In this document: positions 1-9,603 of the stretch, piece by piece
Layout: every line of letters begins with the position of its first letter
How positions within the stretch are numbered: position 1 is the stretch's first letter
From: Thermodesulfobacteriota bacterium
Lineage (GTDB): Bacteria; Desulfobacterota; Binatia; Bin18
DNA length: 64,000 nucleotides
Assembly: GCA_964291405.2 (NCBI GenBank)
Contig: OZ219926.1
Coordinates: 3,776,001 to 3,840,000, forward strand
Direction: 5' to 3'
Made by a program: the position numbers and the translations under genes
Notes under the pieces: generated by a model
Told to the model about the DNA's origin: nothing
What the model saw: only the letters and a program-made list of their open reading frames with translations
Database searches by the model: none

Positions 1-453
1 TCTCATATGCGTGCTGCCATAGCCGAGAGCGCTATGCAGGCCCGAAGGCAGGCTGACGAAATTGGCCTCGTGGTTGGAGCGGTCACAGTGGTTGATACGG
101 ACGGCAAAGCTGCTCGTGATCTGGCGCGGCGAGAAGCCGCGCTCTATCTACCGATTATCGCTACGCTGGACCACAGCCTGGCCATTGAGCCCGAGTTATT
201 GGCGCGTCTCAAGGAGGCGACTGACGCCTACGATTTTGAGCGAGCCGGGAGCTATATCTCTGACGATTTACTCCAGCGGTTGGCTTTTGCCGGAACGCCA
301 GACCAGGTAGCCAGTCAAGCTGCGGCGCTGTTCGAGGTAGGTGCCCGACGAGTCGAGTTCGGTACTCCCCACGGTCTCACAACCGCACAGGGCCTGCGCT
401 TACTAGGCGAGCGGGTGCTGCCGGCGTTGCGGGCGTATATTGATGGGAGCTGA
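1..453 (+). CDS. LLM class flavin-dependent oxidoreductase (Mer-like), 5'-truncated by window edge
   Basis: C-terminal LLM motifs AFAGTPDQV, GARRVEFGTPHG, LLGERVLPAL; frame is open to the window start; stop TGA at 451-453. Confidence 0.8.
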   Translation, partial: SHMRAAIAESAMQARRQADEIGLVVGAVTVVDTDGKAARDLARREAALYLPIIATLDHSLAIEPELLARLKEATDAYDFERAGSYISDDLLQRLAFAGTPDQVASQAAALFEVGARRVEFGTPHGLTTAQGLRLLGERVLPALRAYIDGS

Positions 454-637
454 AAGGCTTAGCGACATTGTACCGTTCAAGATGTGGGAGGACAGACTTC
501 CCCATTTTTCTTTCCTGATCAAAATTTTTCAAACCGAGACACTACTGCTTCGGGAGTACGCTGGTCTCGAAGCCTGTGGGTTCTATAGGTGTCTCTTCGT
601 TAGGTTAGGGAGGGGCTATACAAGGAGGAAGTGAATA

Positions 638-2386
638 ATGGCGGATCAGTCCACAGACACTCACCAGGATATTCGCTACGAGCCTGATGAACGCCCACCG
701 CTCCCGCTCCTCCTCGGGCTTGGATTCCAGTATGCCGTGATTGCTATGGCGAGCATCATGGTGACTCCCGCCATGATGATCCAATTAGCGCAAGGTAGCG
801 AGGCGTATCTGTCCTGGGCGGTCTTTTCGGCGCTGGTGATCGGCGGGATCACGACGCTCGTTCAAGTGATCCGGTTTGGGCGATTTGGCTCGGGCTATAT
901 TCTGCTCATGGGCAGTACAACTGCCTTCCTTCCCGTCTGTGTCTCTGCACTGGAGCAGGGAGGGCCGGGTCTGTTGGCGAGTTTGATCATCATTTCCTCC
1001 TTCTTCCAGTTCATCATGGCCGGGAAGTTGTCGCTCCTACGGCAGATATTCACGCCCACAGTGGCCGGTACCGCGATGCTCCTGATTCCCATCATGATTG
1101 GGCCGCTTATTATGAAGAAGTTGGTGGACGTGCCAGAGTGGGCTTCTTCTGCGGCCGCACCGGCAACGGCGGCCGCAACCGTCATCGCGATGGTCGTTGT
1201 GGCGATTCGCGGTTCCGGAATGTTACGATTGTGGGCGCCCATCATCGGCTTAGGAGCCGGCAGTATCACGGGGGTCTTTTTCGGCATCTACGACACCGCC
1301 CGCATTCCTGAAGCCGACTGGATTGGGACGCCCTCCGTGGTATGGCCCGGATTCGATCTGAGCTTCGGTCCGCACTTCTGGGCACTGCTCCCGGCGTTCG
1401 TGATGATAACCTTTGTGGGGGCGCTCGATACGATTGGGGATACTATCGCAATGCAACGGGCCTCGTGGCGCAGACCACGGGCCGTGGACTTTCGCTCGAT
1501 TCAAGGCTCGCTCAATGCCGACGGTCTGGGCAACCTGCTCTCTGGGCTTGCTGGCACGGTGCCGAACACGACCTATGCGGCAAGTATTGCGATTGCCGAA
1601 ATCACCCGAGTGGCATCGCGGGCGGTTGGCGTGTGCGTGGGAGGGCTGTTCGTGGTGATTGCCTTCCTGCCCAAACTGATCGCGGTGGTCTTGGCCATCC
1701 CGAGTCCGGTCATGGCAGCGTACCTCATCGTAATCGTGTCCGTTCTCTTTGTGATGGGTATTCGAGTTCTTGTCCAGGACGGACTCGACTACCAAAAGGG
1801 GGTGATTGTCGGATTCTCGTTCTGGACCGGAATTGCCATGCAATTTGGCTGGATATTCCCTGATTATCTCCACGGAACGCTAGGGGAATTGTTAGAGAAC
1901 GGGGTAACGACCGGCTGCGGCATGGTGATCGTCCTGACCTTATTCCTTCGCCTGACGGGCTCACGACCGCAACGTTTCAAGACTACCGTCCATATAGAGG
2001 CACTTCCGAAACTAGACACTTTTTTGTCTGAATTTGCCACCCGCAAACGCTGTGGCCCGGAATGGGCAGCGCAACTCCGGGCGGTCGGAGAGGAAGCATT
2101 ACTGACGTTTATTCAACAGAAAGACGATGGAAAAGCAGGAGAAGAGCGCCAAATGCTCCTCATTGCACGAAAGAATGGCAGAGCAATTGATTTGGAGTTT
2201 ATTGTGTCTGCCAACAAGGCCAACTTAGAGGATCAAATGGCAGTCCTCAGTGAACAGGCCGCTGAGATACCCAATGAAGATGAGCTTTCCTTGCGCATGC
2301 TCCAACACCACGCTACGTCCGTACGCCATCAGCAATTCCACGACACCGACGTAGTCACGGTCCGTGTGGAGTCGGCTGTCTCTTGA
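638..2386 (+). CDS. NCS2 (xanthine/uracil/ascorbate) family permease with ~140-aa soluble C-terminal extension
   Basis: SD GGAGG; N-terminal RYEPDERPP..LGFQ; ~13 TM segments; NCS2-like region DGLGNLLSGLAGTVPNTTYAAS...SR and PKL..IP.PV. Confidence 0.85.
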   Translation: MADQSTDTHQDIRYEPDERPPLPLLLGLGFQYAVIAMASIMVTPAMMIQLAQGSEAYLSWAVFSALVIGGITTLVQVIRFGRFGSGYILLMGSTTAFLPVCVSALEQGGPGLLASLIIISSFFQFIMAGKLSLLRQIFTPTVAGTAMLLIPIMIGPLIMKKLVDVPEWASSAAAPATAAATVIAMVVVAIRGSGMLRLWAPIIGLGAGSITGVFFGIYDTARIPEADWIGTPSVVWPGFDLSFGPHFWALLPAFVMITFVGALDTIGDTIAMQRASWRRPRAVDFRSIQGSLNADGLGNLLSGLAGTVPNTTYAASIAIAEITRVASRAVGVCVGGLFVVIAFLPKLIAVVLAIPSPVMAAYLIVIVSVLFVMGIRVLVQDGLDYQKGVIVGFSFWTGIAMQFGWIFPDYLHGTLGELLENGVTTGCGMVIVLTLFLRLTGSRPQRFKTTVHIEALPKLDTFLSEFATRKRCGPEWAAQLRAVGEEALLTFIQQKDDGKAGEERQMLLIARKNGRAIDLEFIVSANKANLEDQMAVLSEQAAEIPNEDELSLRMLQHHATSVRHQQFHDTDVVTVRVESAVS

Positions 2387-2411
2387 TGAGTGGACCGGGA
2401 GCTATATCTCT
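2387..2411 (+). repeat. Remnant copy of LLM gene segment 237-261
   Basis: CCGGGAGCTATATCTCT identical at 245-261 and 2395-2411; extends to 22/25 nt. Confidence 0.65.
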
Positions 2412-2412
2412 C

Positions 2413-2443
2413 TTGACGCACGACATTACGTTGAGTAAATGTC
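2413..2443 (+). promoter_or_regulatory. Putative sigma70 promoter and inverted-repeat operator of the TA operon
   Basis: TTGACG (2413-2418), then GTAAAT ~16 nt later; inverted repeat GACATT (2422-2427)/AATGTC (2438-2443) overlaps the -10 region. Confidence 0.55.
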
Positions 2444-2447
2444 ACGC

Positions 2448-2750
2448 ATGAAGACTATCGCCTCACGAATGTTAACCGCAGCGCCAGGCAAGGTGTGGGC
2501 AGAACTTGAACGGGAAGGGGCGCTGGTGGTCACCAAAGACGGGGTTCCCCGCAGCATCATGATTCCCACCAGTGACGCCACACTCTTTGAGGATATCGGC
2601 GAGATCGTGTTTGCCCGTGCCCGTCGGGCGGTGCGCGCGATGCGCACACAGGCTCACCAAAGTGGTGCGGAGGTTGTTACGTCTGCAGACGTAGAGCGAG
2701 AGATCAGAGCCGCACGGCGGGCGCGCAAGCAAAGAGCGCGGCGTGGCTGA
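2448..2750 (+). CDS. Phd/YefM-like antitoxin
   Basis: MKTI...VVTKDGVP Phd-like N-terminus; overlaps the downstream PIN gene; alternative start 2439. Confidence 0.75.
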   Translation: MKTIASRMLTAAPGKVWAELEREGALVVTKDGVPRSIMIPTSDATLFEDIGEIVFARARRAVRAMRTQAHQSGAEVVTSADVEREIRAARRARKQRARRG

Positions 2751-3171
2751 GGCCCCTGTCTGGGTGCTGGACACCAACGTCCTCGTCTCAGGACTTCTCT
2801 CGCCTTTTGGACCACCGGGTCGACTCGTTGATGCGCTCCTGGCCCGTCGGTTGCGACTTGCGTTTGACGACCGCATTGAGTTGGAGTACCGGGAAGTCTT
2901 AGCACGCCCACGGTTTGGCATAGCACAAGCTTGGCAGGATGCCTTTTTCGCAATCCTGCAATTCCAGGAACATGTTACCGCGTTGCCATGGCCGCACCGA
3001 GCCCCGCCTGACGCGGATGACACGGTATTCCTGGAGGTTGCCAGCCAAATAAGCTCGCGAACGCTGGTGACCGGCAACCTGAAGCATTTCCCACCGAACT
3101 GCCGCGGTCCGGTGACTGTTCGATCACCACGTAGCGCCTGGGAGTATTTCCGGCGTCTGTCCTCCGTATAA
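2743..3171 (+). CDS. PIN-domain toxin (putative TA toxin component)
   Basis: VLDTNVLVSGL, EY.EVL.RP.F, DADD..FLE.A, LVTGNLKHFP PIN motifs. Confidence 0.88.
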   Translation: MAEAPVWVLDTNVLVSGLLSPFGPPGRLVDALLARRLRLAFDDRIELEYREVLARPRFGIAQAWQDAFFAILQFQEHVTALPWPHRAPPDADDTVFLEVASQISSRTLVTGNLKHFPPNCRGPVTVRSPRSAWEYFRRLSSV

Positions 3172-3235
3172 CGAAGCAGCGCGACGGATCAGCCAGCGTG
3201 TTGAAACACCAGTTCCGGCACCACCACCCATTCCT

Positions 3236-3289
3236 CTATTGGGCGAGCGGGTGCTGCCGGCGCTACGCGGGTACGTTGATGAAGGCTGA
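3236..3289 (+). repeat. Diverged duplicate of LLM gene 3' end (400-453)
   Basis: Encodes LLGERVLPALRGYVDEG* versus LLGERVLPALRAYIDGS*; 21 nt identical (GGCGAGCGGGTGCTGCCGGCG at 406 and 3242). Confidence 0.85.
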
Positions 3290-3305
3290 GGGTCGCTTCT
3301 TCACA

Positions 3306-3941
3306 CTACCAAGTGCCAGAAAGGAGCCTTTCCACTAATCGGTAGAAATCTGTACTCGAATTTCGATCAGCAATATCGGACTTTTCCCTATGATCAATTT
3401 CGACAACCATTTTTGCGTTAGTTACCGCGACTTGAGTGTCTTTTGCTAACTTTTGATATAACCTAGTATCACTCTTGTTATAAGGCTGTCTGAAAGCTCT
3501 CCTCCATTCCTTATCCAACTCTATAATTACCGCATCGCAATCCCTGAATGACCGCGATGTTCTTCTGAAATGGGCCAAGAACCAAACTTCAAAAGCTGGA
3601 TTAGACAGATAGAGAGTGATATCGTTACGGGCCGCTTCTTGTCGAGCCGCTTCAAGGTCTTCTTTTACCTGAGTATTTTCCAGCGATTCGGTATCGAGCA
3701 CACAAAAGACGGCGTCCATTTCTTTGCGCTGCGCATCCTTCTTCTTGATTGCCCGTCTAATAATTTGGCTTCGTGATCCACCTTTTCCACCCTCTATGGT
3801 AATTGTGAATGCCTCACGGATAGTTTCCTCATGTTTAAGGCCGTCAAGGTAATATCTCTCGGTTTTTTCACCTTCACAGACGATCAAAATGGTCTTCTTA
3901 AGTTTTTTCTTTCGAGGCGTACGCTTTATTCTGTTCTGCAT
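3306..3941 (-). CDS. rloB: RloB family protein
   Basis: ILIVCEGEKTE.YY, VFCVLD, SNPAFEVWFLAHF, NSST motifs; downstream of AAA ATPase; AT-richer than flanks. Confidence 0.88.
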   Translation of the reverse strand: MQNRIKRTPRKKKLKKTILIVCEGEKTERYYLDGLKHEETIREAFTITIEGGKGGSRSQIIRRAIKKKDAQRKEMDAVFCVLDTESLENTQVKEDLEAARQEAARNDITLYLSNPAFEVWFLAHFRRTSRSFRDCDAVIIELDKEWRRAFRQPYNKSDTRLYQKLAKDTQVAVTNAKMVVEIDHREKSDIADRNSSTDFYRLVERLLSGTW

Positions 3942-3970
3942 CGTTTTGCATCGGACGCTGTTAATTCTGT

Positions 3971-5278
3971 TTAGAGATCTTCAAAGAAGGGACCAAAGCT
4001 CGGAACAGCTCCATATCTCCCTGCTAAATAATTCTTTTCGAAAGCCGTGTTTTTTCGTGGTCGAGAGTCTGCACCAAAATCGTATAAGGAAAACAACTCA
4101 GTAGCTCCATTTGCTCGTTTTTCTGTCAACCAAATTTGGTCCCTCCGCAATAGTGTCTGGTCCATGACAGAACTATCATGAGTGGCAAAAACCAGTTGTG
4201 CACCCTTCGTATTTTCTTCTGGACTTTGAAATAATTCGATAACTTTCCGTGTCAGTAGTGGGTGCATACTACAGTCGAGTTCATCAATCACAAGGAGGTC
4301 CCCATCTGACAACGCTGATAAAATGGGCTCTGCTAAGGCAAAGAAACGTTGGGTTCCCTGAGACTCATCTTCCTCAAGACTGAATGATATTGGAGCCTTC
4401 TCACCATTTATCAAATGTTCCATAGTAACCGAGAAATATGTAAACTTTTCGTTACCTGCCAGTTTCTGTAAATTTACGATTACCTCTTGCAGTTCTTTCG
4501 GAGCATCGTCGGGAATGCTTGGCAGCGGCTCTTCCCCTACCGATAGACTGTTTATTCCGAAGTCGGCCTCTCTCATGAATCGAACGACCCGGCTTCGGAA
4601 CTCCTCATCTTCACTTATTTTCTTCGCGGTAGACTGCCCAAGAACCCGTGGTGTCTCTGAAAGATCAAAAACCCAAAACGTTTTGCGAAACCAGAGATAT
4701 AGAGGTTTCACAGCCTCAATGTTCAGCTCCGCTGCTCGTGACAGTACAAGACCGTTGTCCCGTGTTTTCTCTTTAAGCAGACCTGCGTCCCTTTTAAGTG
4801 GTCCCCGAAAAGCCCATGATGTGGCTCCACTAGCCTTATCACGTGACCTTTGTAACCATTTTGAGATTCGTTTCCCTTGCGGCTGAACAAAGAGCCATTC
4901 ATCATGCACTTGTTCCTTTGTCACGGAAAATCCGTAGATAAAAATGTCGCCTTCTATGAGTAAGGTAATCTCGAATCGGGAGGGCTCCTGGGTGGTTGAG
5001 GTGTCTAGCCGGAACGGAGAAGCGCATTTAATCCTATCGCCCAGGTTCATCTCAGTGGCCGAAAATAGGACAAAGCGTTCCATCGCTTTCATTGCCTTCA
5101 CAAGGTTACTTTTTCCAGAAGCATTTGCCCCGTAGATTGATGCGACTTTGGACAATCGGAATTTCTCCCCGCAGTTAATGAGTGAATCGGGGTGAGCAGC
5201 GTCCTTGCCTGCTACGAGGGAGAGTGTTTGTTCCTCATGGAATGATCGATAATTCTGAACACTGAATTGAATTAGCAT
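3971..5278 (-). CDS. AAA_21/ABC-type ATPase (RloA/AbiLi-like)
   Basis: MLIQFSVQNYRSF, Walker A GANASGKS, ESQGT, Walker B LVIDELD, FATHD, RRDQIW, YL.GRYGAVP. Confidence 0.9.
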   Translation of the reverse strand: MLIQFSVQNYRSFHEEQTLSLVAGKDAAHPDSLINCGEKFRLSKVASIYGANASGKSNLVKAMKAMERFVLFSATEMNLGDRIKCASPFRLDTSTTQEPSRFEITLLIEGDIFIYGFSVTKEQVHDEWLFVQPQGKRISKWLQRSRDKASGATSWAFRGPLKRDAGLLKEKTRDNGLVLSRAAELNIEAVKPLYLWFRKTFWVFDLSETPRVLGQSTAKKISEDEEFRSRVVRFMREADFGINSLSVGEEPLPSIPDDAPKELQEVIVNLQKLAGNEKFTYFSVTMEHLINGEKAPISFSLEEDESQGTQRFFALAEPILSALSDGDLLVIDELDCSMHPLLTRKVIELFQSPEENTKGAQLVFATHDSSVMDQTLLRRDQIWLTEKRANGATELFSLYDFGADSRPRKNTAFEKNYLAGRYGAVPSFGPFFEDL

Positions 5279-5459
5279 TTTAGGCCACTCCTTAATTTAT
5301 GCAGGATTAAGCGAACTGTACGATTTGCTATAATGGCAATTCCTACAGTTTTTCTGCACTAAATACTATACTATCGCATTTTAAAGCTAGTGAAAGGATA
5401 CTTAATGCAATATTATGGATAAGAAGTGTGCTTTGAAGTGCGGCTGGAGGGGGTTACCT

Positions 5460-6011
5460 TTAGAAGCCGGCGACACCGTTGTCCAGTTGCACCCCGAAGG
5501 AGTTGAGTGCCATGGACACCATATTGTACTGGCCGACGGTGAAGACCACGTCCATGAGTTGCTGGGTCGTATAGCGCTCGCTCAGGGCCGCCCAGGTGCC
5601 GTCACTGATAAACGCGTCCGCGTGCAGTTCGTCTGCGGCGCGTAGCAGACTGGCATCAAACGGGTCCCAGCCGTCCGCGTTTGGGCCCTCTTTGATTCGC
5701 GCGATTTCTTCGTCCGTCAGTCCGGCTTCTCTGCCGAAAATCACATGCTGGCCCCATTCGTATTCGGCCTGACACAGCCAGCCGATACGCAATATCAATA
5801 GCTCGCGCTCTCTGGGGACCAGGGTCGAGGTCTCACCCATGATGTGGTAGGCCCAGACCTGGAATTTCTTTGCGGCCTCCCAATGTCGCGCCAGGGTACC
5901 AACCACATTATACACCCGGCCCTCACGGGAGCGGGCCTCAAGAGAAGCGCGTTGTTCGTCCGTCCATTCGTCTGCTGTGAGTGGGGTGATGCGGGGCTGC
6001 GAGAGTTTCAT
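5460..6011 (-). CDS. Carboxymuconolactone decarboxylase/AhpD-like family protein
   Basis: RERELLILR....CQAEYEWGQH; AADEL...ISD.TW..L. Confidence 0.85.
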   Translation of the reverse strand: MKLSQPRITPLTADEWTDEQRASLEARSREGRVYNVVGTLARHWEAAKKFQVWAYHIMGETSTLVPRERELLILRIGWLCQAEYEWGQHVIFGREAGLTDEEIARIKEGPNADGWDPFDASLLRAADELHADAFISDGTWAALSERYTTQQLMDVVFTVGQYNMVSMALNSFGVQLDNGVAGF

Positions 6012-6091
6012 ATCATTCTCTTTCTATAGCAAGGCCGAGAGCGTGCCCTCGGCCTTGTCTATCTATGGCAGGGATCAATAGCGGTGCTGTT

Positions 6092-7204
6092 TTACTCCAG
6101 GCCGTACACGCGAGCGGCGGTATCGTGAACGATCTTGCGCAGTTCCTCGTCGGGCAGCATGCCCAGCCGCTTGTTGACGATCTCCCGTGAACGCGGAAAG
6201 GTCGCCGCGGTATGCGGATAGTCGGACGACCACATGGTGTTGTCCGGACCGTAGCGATGGAGCGAGTCCACAAACACCGGGTCGGCGATAAAGGTCGCAT
6301 ACACCTGACGTTTGACATAGTCGCTGGCGCGCTTCGGCAGGTCCATATTACCGAGTGCACCCAAGCGACGCTGCACGATGTCGAGCCGGTACATGAGATA
6401 GGCCATCCAGCCGACGTCGTTTTCCGCAGAGACGATTTTCAGGCCGGGAAACTTCTCAAGTACGCCGCCATAGACCATCTCGGAAATCGAGCGCTCAATC
6501 TGGTGGTGGAGGGTCGCCAGGGACAGCAGAAAACCCTTGCCGCTGGCCTGGTTTGCGCCCGTGCCACTCCGAGCAGTGAGAATGTGGAGGGAGAGCGGCA
6601 TATTCAGGTCCTGGGCCGCGGCCCAAAACGGCTCATAGTCGGGATGACTATAGGGACGGTCGTCTGGCGGTTCGGCCCAGATCATGGCACCCCGCATGCC
6701 CTGTTTGGCGATGCGTTGCAGTTCGTCCACGGCCAGCGGAATGTCTTCCAGCGTGATCAGACCCAACGGGACGAGCCGCTTCGAGTCGTAACTGCAATAT
6801 TCAGTGGCCCAGTCGTTAAAGGCGCGAAAGCAGGAATAGCGCAATTCCGCGTCGTCCAAGCCGAACAGCGGCATCCCCATGGAGGTATAAATAACCTCTG
6901 CCCGGACGCCGTCACGATCCTGGTCCGCGATCCGATAGGCGGGGTCCCAGACGCTCTTGGGCGCTTCATCAAAGCCCTTTTTGTTGTGCTCGGGAAGTTC
7001 CGGCGACGGCACACCAGCCCCAAAGAAGCCGGCGACGGACATGGGGGTGATATTCTCACACACGAACCACTCCCCGGCACGACCGTTCAGCCCCTTGACG
7101 GTGCGAGGGGCACGGTCACGAAATTTCTTATCTATCCGCTCGGCCCACATATTAGGCGGCTCAACAAAATGCGAGTCTGCTGAAATGAGTGTATACTCCG
7201 ACAT
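6092..7204 (-). CDS. Amidohydrolase 2 family protein
   Basis: ISADSH, PLSLH, SAEND.GW, WSSDYPH; start MSEYTL after GGAGAG. Confidence 0.9.
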   Translation of the reverse strand: MSEYTLISADSHFVEPPNMWAERIDKKFRDRAPRTVKGLNGRAGEWFVCENITPMSVAGFFGAGVPSPELPEHNKKGFDEAPKSVWDPAYRIADQDRDGVRAEVIYTSMGMPLFGLDDAELRYSCFRAFNDWATEYCSYDSKRLVPLGLITLEDIPLAVDELQRIAKQGMRGAMIWAEPPDDRPYSHPDYEPFWAAAQDLNMPLSLHILTARSGTGANQASGKGFLLSLATLHHQIERSISEMVYGGVLEKFPGLKIVSAENDVGWMAYLMYRLDIVQRRLGALGNMDLPKRASDYVKRQVYATFIADPVFVDSLHRYGPDNTMWSSDYPHTAATFPRSREIVNKRLGMLPDEELRKIVHDTAARVYGLE

Positions 7205-7311
7205 GAGCTCTCCCTCCTTACTGATGGCTCTTCGTTGTCCATACTCTACGTCAGATTCGACCATGTTGCTATGCCTTGCTTTCGCTCTCTCGCATCGTTT
7301 ATAGAGGGGGC

Positions 7312-9021
7312 ATGCAATACGATCTGATTCTGAAAAACGGTACGGTTATTGATGGTTCCGGGCTGCCCCGCTTCCAGGCTGACGTCGGTATCAGCCACGG
7401 AAAAATCGCGACCATCGGCAGAATCCGCGACGGTGCTCGGGAGGTGATTGATGCCGAGGGTCATGTAGTCGCCCCAGGGTTTATCGATGCGCACACCCAT
7501 ATGGACGCCCAGGTGTTCTGGGACCCGCTGGGGACGTGCTCCTGCTGGCATGGTATCACCAGTGTAGTGATGGGAAATTGCGGTTTTTCGCTCGCCCCGT
7601 GTGCCGAGCAGGATAAACTGCTGGTGATGCGCAATCTTGAACGGGCAGAAGATATTGCCCCGGAAGCAATGGAAGCCGGGATTCCGTGGAGTTGGACTAC
7701 CTACCCGGAATACCTGGATGCGGTCGATGCGCTTCCGAAGGGTATTAACTATGCCGCCTATATCGGGCACTCCGCGCTGCGGACCCACGTCATGGGGGAG
7801 CGTGCATTTACGCAAGAAGCAAGCCCGGCGGACCTGGAAGCCATGCAGCGCGAAGTGCGGGCTGCGATTCAGGCGGGCGCTATTGGACTGAGCACCTCAC
7901 GCACCCACAACCATCAGACGCCGGACGGTCAACCGGTCGCCAGCCGGCTGGCGACCTGGGAGGAAGTGCGCCAACTGGTTGGCACCATGGGCGAGCTGAA
8001 TGCCGGTGTATTTGAAATTGCCAACGAAGATGCCCGGTTCGATCCTGAACGGATTGATGAGTATCTTGGCCGCCTTAAGGCGCTCGCCGTTGACACCGGC
8101 GTGCCGATCACGTTTGGCATGTTCAGCAGCCGCCAAGCGCCAAATATGTGGCAGCCGTTCTTTACCTTGGCCGATGAAACCGCCGAGGCGGGCGGACGGA
8201 TATTCATTCAGGTACATAGTCGCCCGCTGAACGTGGTGCTGTCATTCGAGACGGCGACGCCGTTCGATACATTACCCGTGTGGGAGGATATCAGAAAACG
8301 CCCATTAGCCGCCCAAGAGGCCGCGCTGCGTAACCCGGAAACACGTCAGAAGCTGGTTGAAGCCGTCCACCAACGGCCGCGCGGTCAGAACAAGGGTGTT
8401 GGTGCCGAGCCGCGCGCGGCGAATTTCAAGTGGTTGTTTGTCATGGACTCTGCCACTCCACCGTATCGTTCAATCGCCGAGATTGCCGATGAGCGCAATC
8501 AAGACCCGGTCGAAGTGTTTATTGATCTCGCTTTGGAGAAGGGCCTGAAACAGTTTTTCCTGCAACCGCTCGTCAACCACAATCAAGATCATGTGTTGGA
8601 AATGATGCGGCACCCACGTTCGGTTATCACCTTTTCGGACTCCGGTGCGCACGTCTCCCAGATCATGGACTCATCCCTCCAAACCCACGTCCTCGGTCAT
8701 TGGGTTCGGGAGAAGCAGGCGCTGACCCTGGAAGAGGCAGTGCGACAGTTGAGCTTCGTTCCTGCCTCTCACTGGGGCCTGAGCGGGCGAGGATTGCTGC
8801 GTGAGGGCTGGAACGCCGATATGGTGATCTTTGATCCCCAGACCGTTGCACCGCAGTTGCCGGAAGTCGTCTACGATCTGCCGGCTGGCGCGCGACGACT
8901 CAAGCAACAGGCGCATGGCTTTCTCGCCACAGTCGTGAACGGCGAGACGGTCTTGCGCCACAACGAACACACGGGCGCACTGCCCGGTCGGTTGCTGCGG
9001 GGGCCACGGGCTTCTGGTTAA
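7312..9021 (+). CDS. N-acyl-D-amino-acid deacylase-like amidohydrolase
   Basis: PGFIDAHTHMD, GITSVVMGNCG, SDSGAH; SD GAGGGG; paralog at 53641. Confidence 0.9.
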   Translation: MQYDLILKNGTVIDGSGLPRFQADVGISHGKIATIGRIRDGAREVIDAEGHVVAPGFIDAHTHMDAQVFWDPLGTCSCWHGITSVVMGNCGFSLAPCAEQDKLLVMRNLERAEDIAPEAMEAGIPWSWTTYPEYLDAVDALPKGINYAAYIGHSALRTHVMGERAFTQEASPADLEAMQREVRAAIQAGAIGLSTSRTHNHQTPDGQPVASRLATWEEVRQLVGTMGELNAGVFEIANEDARFDPERIDEYLGRLKALAVDTGVPITFGMFSSRQAPNMWQPFFTLADETAEAGGRIFIQVHSRPLNVVLSFETATPFDTLPVWEDIRKRPLAAQEAALRNPETRQKLVEAVHQRPRGQNKGVGAEPRAANFKWLFVMDSATPPYRSIAEIADERNQDPVEVFIDLALEKGLKQFFLQPLVNHNQDHVLEMMRHPRSVITFSDSGAHVSQIMDSSLQTHVLGHWVREKQALTLEEAVRQLSFVPASHWGLSGRGLLREGWNADMVIFDPQTVAPQLPEVVYDLPAGARRLKQQAHGFLATVVNGETVLRHNEHTGALPGRLLRGPRASG

Positions 9022-9059
9022 AACCTGACAGGACTGGGAGGCCGTCTTGTGAGGCGAGT

Positions 9060-9497
9060 ATGGAAATTCTAGAAATTATCGCCATCCTTGCATGCTCGAT
9101 TTTTGCTGGTGCGGCGATTTACGGTACTGTGGTGGAGCATCCGGCCCGCCTCGCCTGTGGAACGGAACTGGCCGCCACTGTTTTTGGACCGAGCTACAAA
9201 CGTGCCGCAGTTATGCAAGCTTCTCTCGCGCTTCTCGCCACACTGGCAGGCGTTGCGGTAGCGATTAACGGGGGTGTGGGGCTATGGTTCGTGGGAGCTT
9301 GCCTCATCTTCAGCGTCGTGCCGTTCACTTTCTTAGGCATCATGCCGACGAACAAGCGACTGCTTGACCCAGAGCGCGACCGCACCTCAGAAGAAACCCA
9401 AGTGCTGCTTGAGAAGTGGGGCAGACTTCATGCTGTCCGCAGCGTTTCAAGCTTTGCCGCGTCAATCCTGTACGTGTATCTTGGTGTTACAACCTAA
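9060..9497 (+). CDS. DUF1772 / anthrone oxygenase family membrane protein
   Basis: VEHPAR, PFT...MPTN..L, L.KW..LH.VRS; 4 TM segments. Confidence 0.8.
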   Translation: MEILEIIAILACSIFAGAAIYGTVVEHPARLACGTELAATVFGPSYKRAAVMQASLALLATLAGVAVAINGGVGLWFVGACLIFSVVPFTFLGIMPTNKRLLDPERDRTSEETQVLLEKWGRLHAVRSVSSFAASILYVYLGVTT

Positions 9498-9603
9498 CCG
9501 GAAGTTCTGCTTTTGGACCCTATCCCTCCCCCTACCACGTCAACATACAAGGGCTAGGGTGAGGGCGCCTCTTGTCTGGAGCCCTGCACGACCGCAAACC
9601 GGT

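Noticed and set aside
9515-9570. Degenerate CCCT..AGGG repeat between DUF1772 and the MFS gene
   Set aside because: Pairing is too imperfect to call a terminator or REP.
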